From IMG/VR virus record IMGVR_UViG_3300037247_001314, positions 1 to 64,000 of that record: a stretch of 64,000 bases of DNA; one strand, written 5' to 3'. This document shows positions 60,144-64,000 of this stretch, piece by piece. The stretch is from a virus. The position numbers and the translations under genes were made by a program. The notes beneath the pieces are model-generated. The model was not told where the DNA came from, did no database searches, and saw only the letters and a program-made list of their open reading frames with translations. Position 1 is the stretch's first letter. Each line of letters starts with the position of its first letter.

Positions 60144-60776
60144 TTAGGCATTCGTCAGCTCGCCGACGTCGTCAAACACAACGGGGATACGACTCCGAAA
60201 CTCGGCCAGCATAGGGCGCGTTATTTCGCGAAGCTGTGGGTGAGCTGTGTCGGGTGTGCGCATCTTGAAAAAGTGCCGCCACTCGCGCAAGTTCGCGGTC
60301 ATCACGATTTCGGTCTTGAGGCTGTTGGGCAAGACCGAACGAGCCATCTGTGGGCTGGCACCTGCATCGAGCATCTGGAAGTAAATCGACTCCGCAAACA
60401 ACACCCCCGCCCGCCAGGCCTCAAATGTCACCTCGTCCACATGTGGTCGCGGATCGATGACGGTGATTTCCCGACCGAACTTGTTCTTGGTGTAGTTGCA
60501 GTAGCGCGTCGACTCCTGCGAGTAGGACGCAAGACGATGACGCACAATCTCGTGAGAGATGCCGCGGTCGCAGATGATCCGCACGCTCGCGGACTCATGT
60601 TCGATGACCGTCTCGTGGCCGCGCTTGAGCACCATGGCCACAAACTTCTGCGAACTGTCATCCGTGATTTTGTCCTCGGACTTGTAACAAGTTCGCCCAG
60701 CCAGCTCGATGCGACGCAGCATCTCGTAGCCGTTGATAAGTGACACAATCTCGTAGGATGACTTAACGATTTTCAT
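60144..60776 (-). CDS. thyX: Flavin-dependent thymidylate synthase
   Basis: GHETVIEH, RHRLASYSQESTRY, NLREWRHFF, AHPQLRE. Confidence 0.95.
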   Translation of the reverse strand: MKIVKSSYEIVSLINGYEMLRRIELAGRTCYKSEDKITDDSSQKFVAMVLKRGHETVIEHESASVRIICDRGISHEIVRHRLASYSQESTRYCNYTKNKFGREITVIDPRPHVDEVTFEAWRAGVLFAESIYFQMLDAGASPQMARSVLPNSLKTEIVMTANLREWRHFFKMRTPDTAHPQLREITRPMLAEFRSRIPVVFDDVGELTNA

Positions 60777-62071
60777 GATTCTGGTTCCTTGTCGTCGAGG
60801 ACGTACGCAACAGCTGCAAGACGCGTAGCAGTGGTTGTGCCCTCGGGGTTGCAATGAGCGAGCGTGCTCAAGACGATAGCCTCGTCATGTTTGCGCGCAA
60901 GGCCATCGGTGCTCGCTTCCTCTATTTTCGCCACGATCGCGTCAATCTTTTCGCGACACTCATCTGCGTCCCTCCAACAGGCTCGTACACGAGAGTGGTG
61001 GCTGTAGCCTTCGCGGGCCAGCGATCTCAGTTTTGGAAGCAGCTCTCGAACGCGAGCCAGTTGAGCAGCGAGCTCAGCGTGCGCGTCACCAAGAGCAGAG
61101 ACAAGGTTCGCAGGATCGCGAGCCTGGTCGTCGAAAGGAACGCCGAGGTGTTCCTCCACGCTCTGCCGAAGTGCCAGCACCACCTCGTCCTCTTGGGGCA
61201 CATCACCCCACTCTGTGCGACGCGTGAAGCTCGGCTGTGAATGGATTTCGTCGTCTAGAGCATATTGCGCCATTGTCACCAAAGCGCACGCTGCACAGAA
61301 CTCAGTAGCGTCTCCACACCAAACGACTGTAACTTTCGCTTCGTCTGGACAATCTTCACATTTAGCCATCGTTATTTCCTTTCAGGCCCAACGTGGAAGT
61401 CGCAATCGCCAGCTTCGTCTGGACAGTCTTCCCCCGAAGTGCATTTGGATTTGTAGCCGGACGTGCAGCCCGGATCGATTTCGTCGCAAGGCGCGAGGTC
61501 GGAAAGCAGACAAGCGCACTCCCCGTCCCTGTAGAGGCCGTCGAAGCCGTTAGCCTTGAGGTACGCGCCAGCCATCCCAACGACAGTTAGCGCTTTCGGT
61601 TTCTTGTCACCGTTGGCTGGCGCGTACTTGGCCAACTTCTTCGCCAGGTTCACGGATATCTTCCGCTGAGCGTCGAGGTCAGCGAGAGCCTGCGTCAGTC
61701 GCTCTAGGGTGGTGCTCACGTCTCCCCCTTGGGCTTGTCGACGTCAGCTCTGAGGTCGACATTGACCGACGCCGTGGGGGTGGGCACCCTGAGCGTGACC
61801 TTGCCTCGCAGCTCCTTGCCCGGCATCCAAAAAACGCCTTGAAAACCGTCAATCTCACCTTGCGAAACCAAAAGGGCGAGACTTTTGAGCCACTCGGCGA
61901 CTTGACCGCGCTCGAGGTGAGCGCGGTCAAAGGTGGTGCCGGGGGGTACGTCAATATTAGGCACCCACGTCTGGGGCTTGCCCTGTACTTCTCGCGAAAC
62001 ACGGCAAGCCTCAGTCATCGCCATGCGCAGCGAGCTATCGATGTGGGAAATGGATTCTTCGTTGTCGTCGG

Positions 62072-62572
62072 TCATACTTTTTCTTTCTTAGCCTTCTTGG
62101 TCTCAGCGCCAAATGGCCTACGCACGATGCGCTCTTTAGCGTTGAAATGTTTGCAGCCCTCGTAGGGGCAGGTGGACTGACTGTTAGGAAACGACGAGCA
62201 CATCCGCGGTCGGTCCTCGTAGTCCAGACAGTTGCGTGTCTCGCCATCGAAATACTTGCAGGTGAAGAAGTTCACGCGAATGTCGTCGCGGTCATCCTGG
62301 CGCTGCGGGTGTATTGGGTTCCGCTTGTGCTTACCAAGGGGGATGAGCATGTCGGCAGCCTTCTGGACGTCGCGCCAACGCTCGTGCGCTCTCTCCCACG
62401 TTCCATCGCAGGGGTAGTCGTTCCACGTCGGCTCTACTTCCTCGCGCGCCATTTTCTTGAGGGTAGTCAGCGAGAACGCCGCGCAACAATAGCCTTTGCA
62501 GCTGTTGGTCTTCGCCACCGTTTTGGGTGCAGACAGCTTTGGCAGCGAGTTCAGATTTGAAACTTTAACCAT
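62072..62572 (-). CDS. YkgJ-like Cys-cluster protein
   Basis: CKGYCC..CKYFD..CLDYEDRPRMCSSFP. Confidence 0.75.
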   Translation of the reverse strand: MVKVSNLNSLPKLSAPKTVAKTNSCKGYCCAAFSLTTLKKMAREEVEPTWNDYPCDGTWERAHERWRDVQKAADMLIPLGKHKRNPIHPQRQDDRDDIRVNFFTCKYFDGETRNCLDYEDRPRMCSSFPNSQSTCPYEGCKHFNAKERIVRRPFGAETKKAKKEKV

Positions 62573-63377
62573 TGAGGTGCTCCCGTGCGCGAGCTAGCCA
62601 CTCAGTGGTGTTGACCGACCGCTGTGTGAATGCGCTGGTTACGCGGTCACCTGCTTTGTGTTCCAGGAGGAACACAGCGTCGTCGACGATAGATCGACTG
62701 GTCGTGTCTTTTGCGCGCAAGCTCTTGACGTACTCGCGCACCGCGTTCTCCTTGCAGCCGTCGACCTTTTCGAGCGCAGCGAGCCACTCGTCGAATCTGT
62801 CGTCAGTCATCGGGGGCATAGTCCGCGAGCCTCCGCGAGTAGCTGTTCAAGCACGCACTCGCGTTGTAGTGATTCCAGAATCGCTTTGGCGTCTTTGCGC
62901 CGCAGTGGGAAGCCGTCGCCGTTGTCCCAACCGGCTTTCGCGACGCCGCCAATGAACTCGACGAGAGTGTTGACGGCGACGTGGGTAGACTCATACCCCT
63001 GCAGCGCGAAAGCTCGTCGATTGAAATCGCATTTCTTCCACGTCGACGGGGTAGCCCATTCTTCAATGCGGAGGGTCTTGATGGTGTCCGCCTGTCTATC
63101 GATGCCGACGACGCGGCATTGCTGAGCCCAACGGTCAATGAGCAGCTGCCCAATGCGAGCAACTTTGAAGGTGAGGATGTCGCCGATGTGTAAGCTCACA
63201 CACGTCTCCGCTCGTCGTAGTCGTTGCGTTTGCGGAACTCGCGCACGGCCGTGTCAGCTTCGCACGCCGCCTGCGCGCACCCGGAACAGGTAACCACCTC
63301 AGCATAGACGCGCGTCCACAGCTGGCGCTCGTGGTCGTTCTTAAACTCTTCCAGTTGGTGCATCTGGACCTCCTACC

Positions 63378-63854
63378 CTAGACAACACTGGAGGTGTCTG
63401 GAGTGCAACCTCTTTTCTTTCGTCGGCGTGACATTTCTCGATGACCCCGCGGAGACAGGCTCACCCACGTGTGCCCTTCCTTGCGCACCACCGTTAGCCG
63501 CCCCGCTTCCTCAGCGCTCTTCACGTGGGCTGAAGCTGTCGACTGGGGCATGTCTAGGCCGTCGCGAATGTCCTGCAGCCTGAGCGTGCTCGCGCCCACG
63601 TAGAGCATGAGAACGAAGTGCCTGATGGGGATGAGGTCAGAGCGCGATGTGGGCATCGTCTGGAAGATGCTGCGGGCGAGCTCGCGGTCAGCGCGTCGCG
63701 GGCGGCACGCTGGGATGTGTCGGCGTTTGCGGGCCGCGTAGATCGCCTGCACCGAGACGTCCAGACGGGTGGCCAGCACCTGGTCCGGCACTTCCCCTAG
63801 AGGTTGCTCGTCCCACGCGACGCCACGAGGGGCAGATGTGCCACTTTTAGCCAT
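63378..63854 (-). CDS. HTH plus MarR-like wHTH transcription regulator
   Basis: Start MAKSGT with GGAGG RBS; LGEVPDQVLATRLDVS; IRDGLDMPQSTASAHV..VSLSPRG. Confidence 0.65.
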   Translation of the reverse strand: MAKSGTSAPRGVAWDEQPLGEVPDQVLATRLDVSVQAIYAARKRRHIPACRPRRADRELARSIFQTMPTSRSDLIPIRHFVLMLYVGASTLRLQDIRDGLDMPQSTASAHVKSAEEAGRLTVVRKEGHTWVSLSPRGHREMSRRRKKRGCTPDTSSVV

Positions 63855-64000
63855 GCTGCCTCCGCACTCCCCCACCCCCGAAAGGCCCCATAAATGCCAG
63901 CAGATCACCCTAAGTCGGATACTCCTCTAGCTTTTTTCGCTTTTTGAGGGGATTAGCCGATCACCTTGAGCCGTGCCCGCCGCTCATTGCGAATGCGCAC

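Larger units (their letters stand above)
407..63766. repeat. Dispersed hyper-abundant motif TCCAGAC(R)/(Y)GTCTGGA
   Basis: About 130 copies counted by eye, in both orientations. Confidence 0.9.

Noticed and set aside
1-64000. Frequent GTCGAC/CGTCGACG
   Set aside because: Plausibly explained by preferred GTC-GAC (Val-Asp) codons in GC-rich genes; not distinguishable from background without a computed model
1-64000. tRNA, rRNA, CRISPR array, integrase or transposase
   Set aside because: None recognised by eye; a tRNAscan/Infernal run would be needed to exclude divergent RNAs

Overview
This is a 64-kb slice of a large, GC-rich (about 60%) tailed phage genome; essentially all credible genes lie on the minus strand. 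Positions 1-41 kb hold a contractile-tail morphogenesis module in SPO1/Twort (Herelleviridae-like) gene order: terminase, portal, prohead protease, scaffold, major capsid protein, neck genes, tail sheath, tail tube and chaperone. Between terminase and protease sits an expanded block of large, probably head-packaged polyproteins. These include a MuF-InPase-GNAT protein and a 2465-aa protein with kinase-like, RAMA-like, repeat and ART-like regions. They are studded with hydrophobic-x-K|[AGS] sites matching the predicted capsid maturation site, and four of them share an [RK]GG[KS] tag. Positions 42-64 kb are densely packed small early genes with a repeated sigma70 promoter, a dual-frame C5-methyltransferase carrying tandem TRD-like repeats, HU, ThyX, a HAD phosphatase and a YkgJ-like protein. 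The strongest unexplained signals are: a non-palindromic motif TCCAGAC(R) found about 130 times by eye against about 8 expected, in both orientations and all frames; a Tat-signal protein carrying a major-capsid fragment; a stand-alone MshEN protein next to a holin-like gene; a roughly 390-nt structured non-coding region; and an apparent ATC start codon for the tail sheath. All assignments come from motif recognition by eye; no searches were run.
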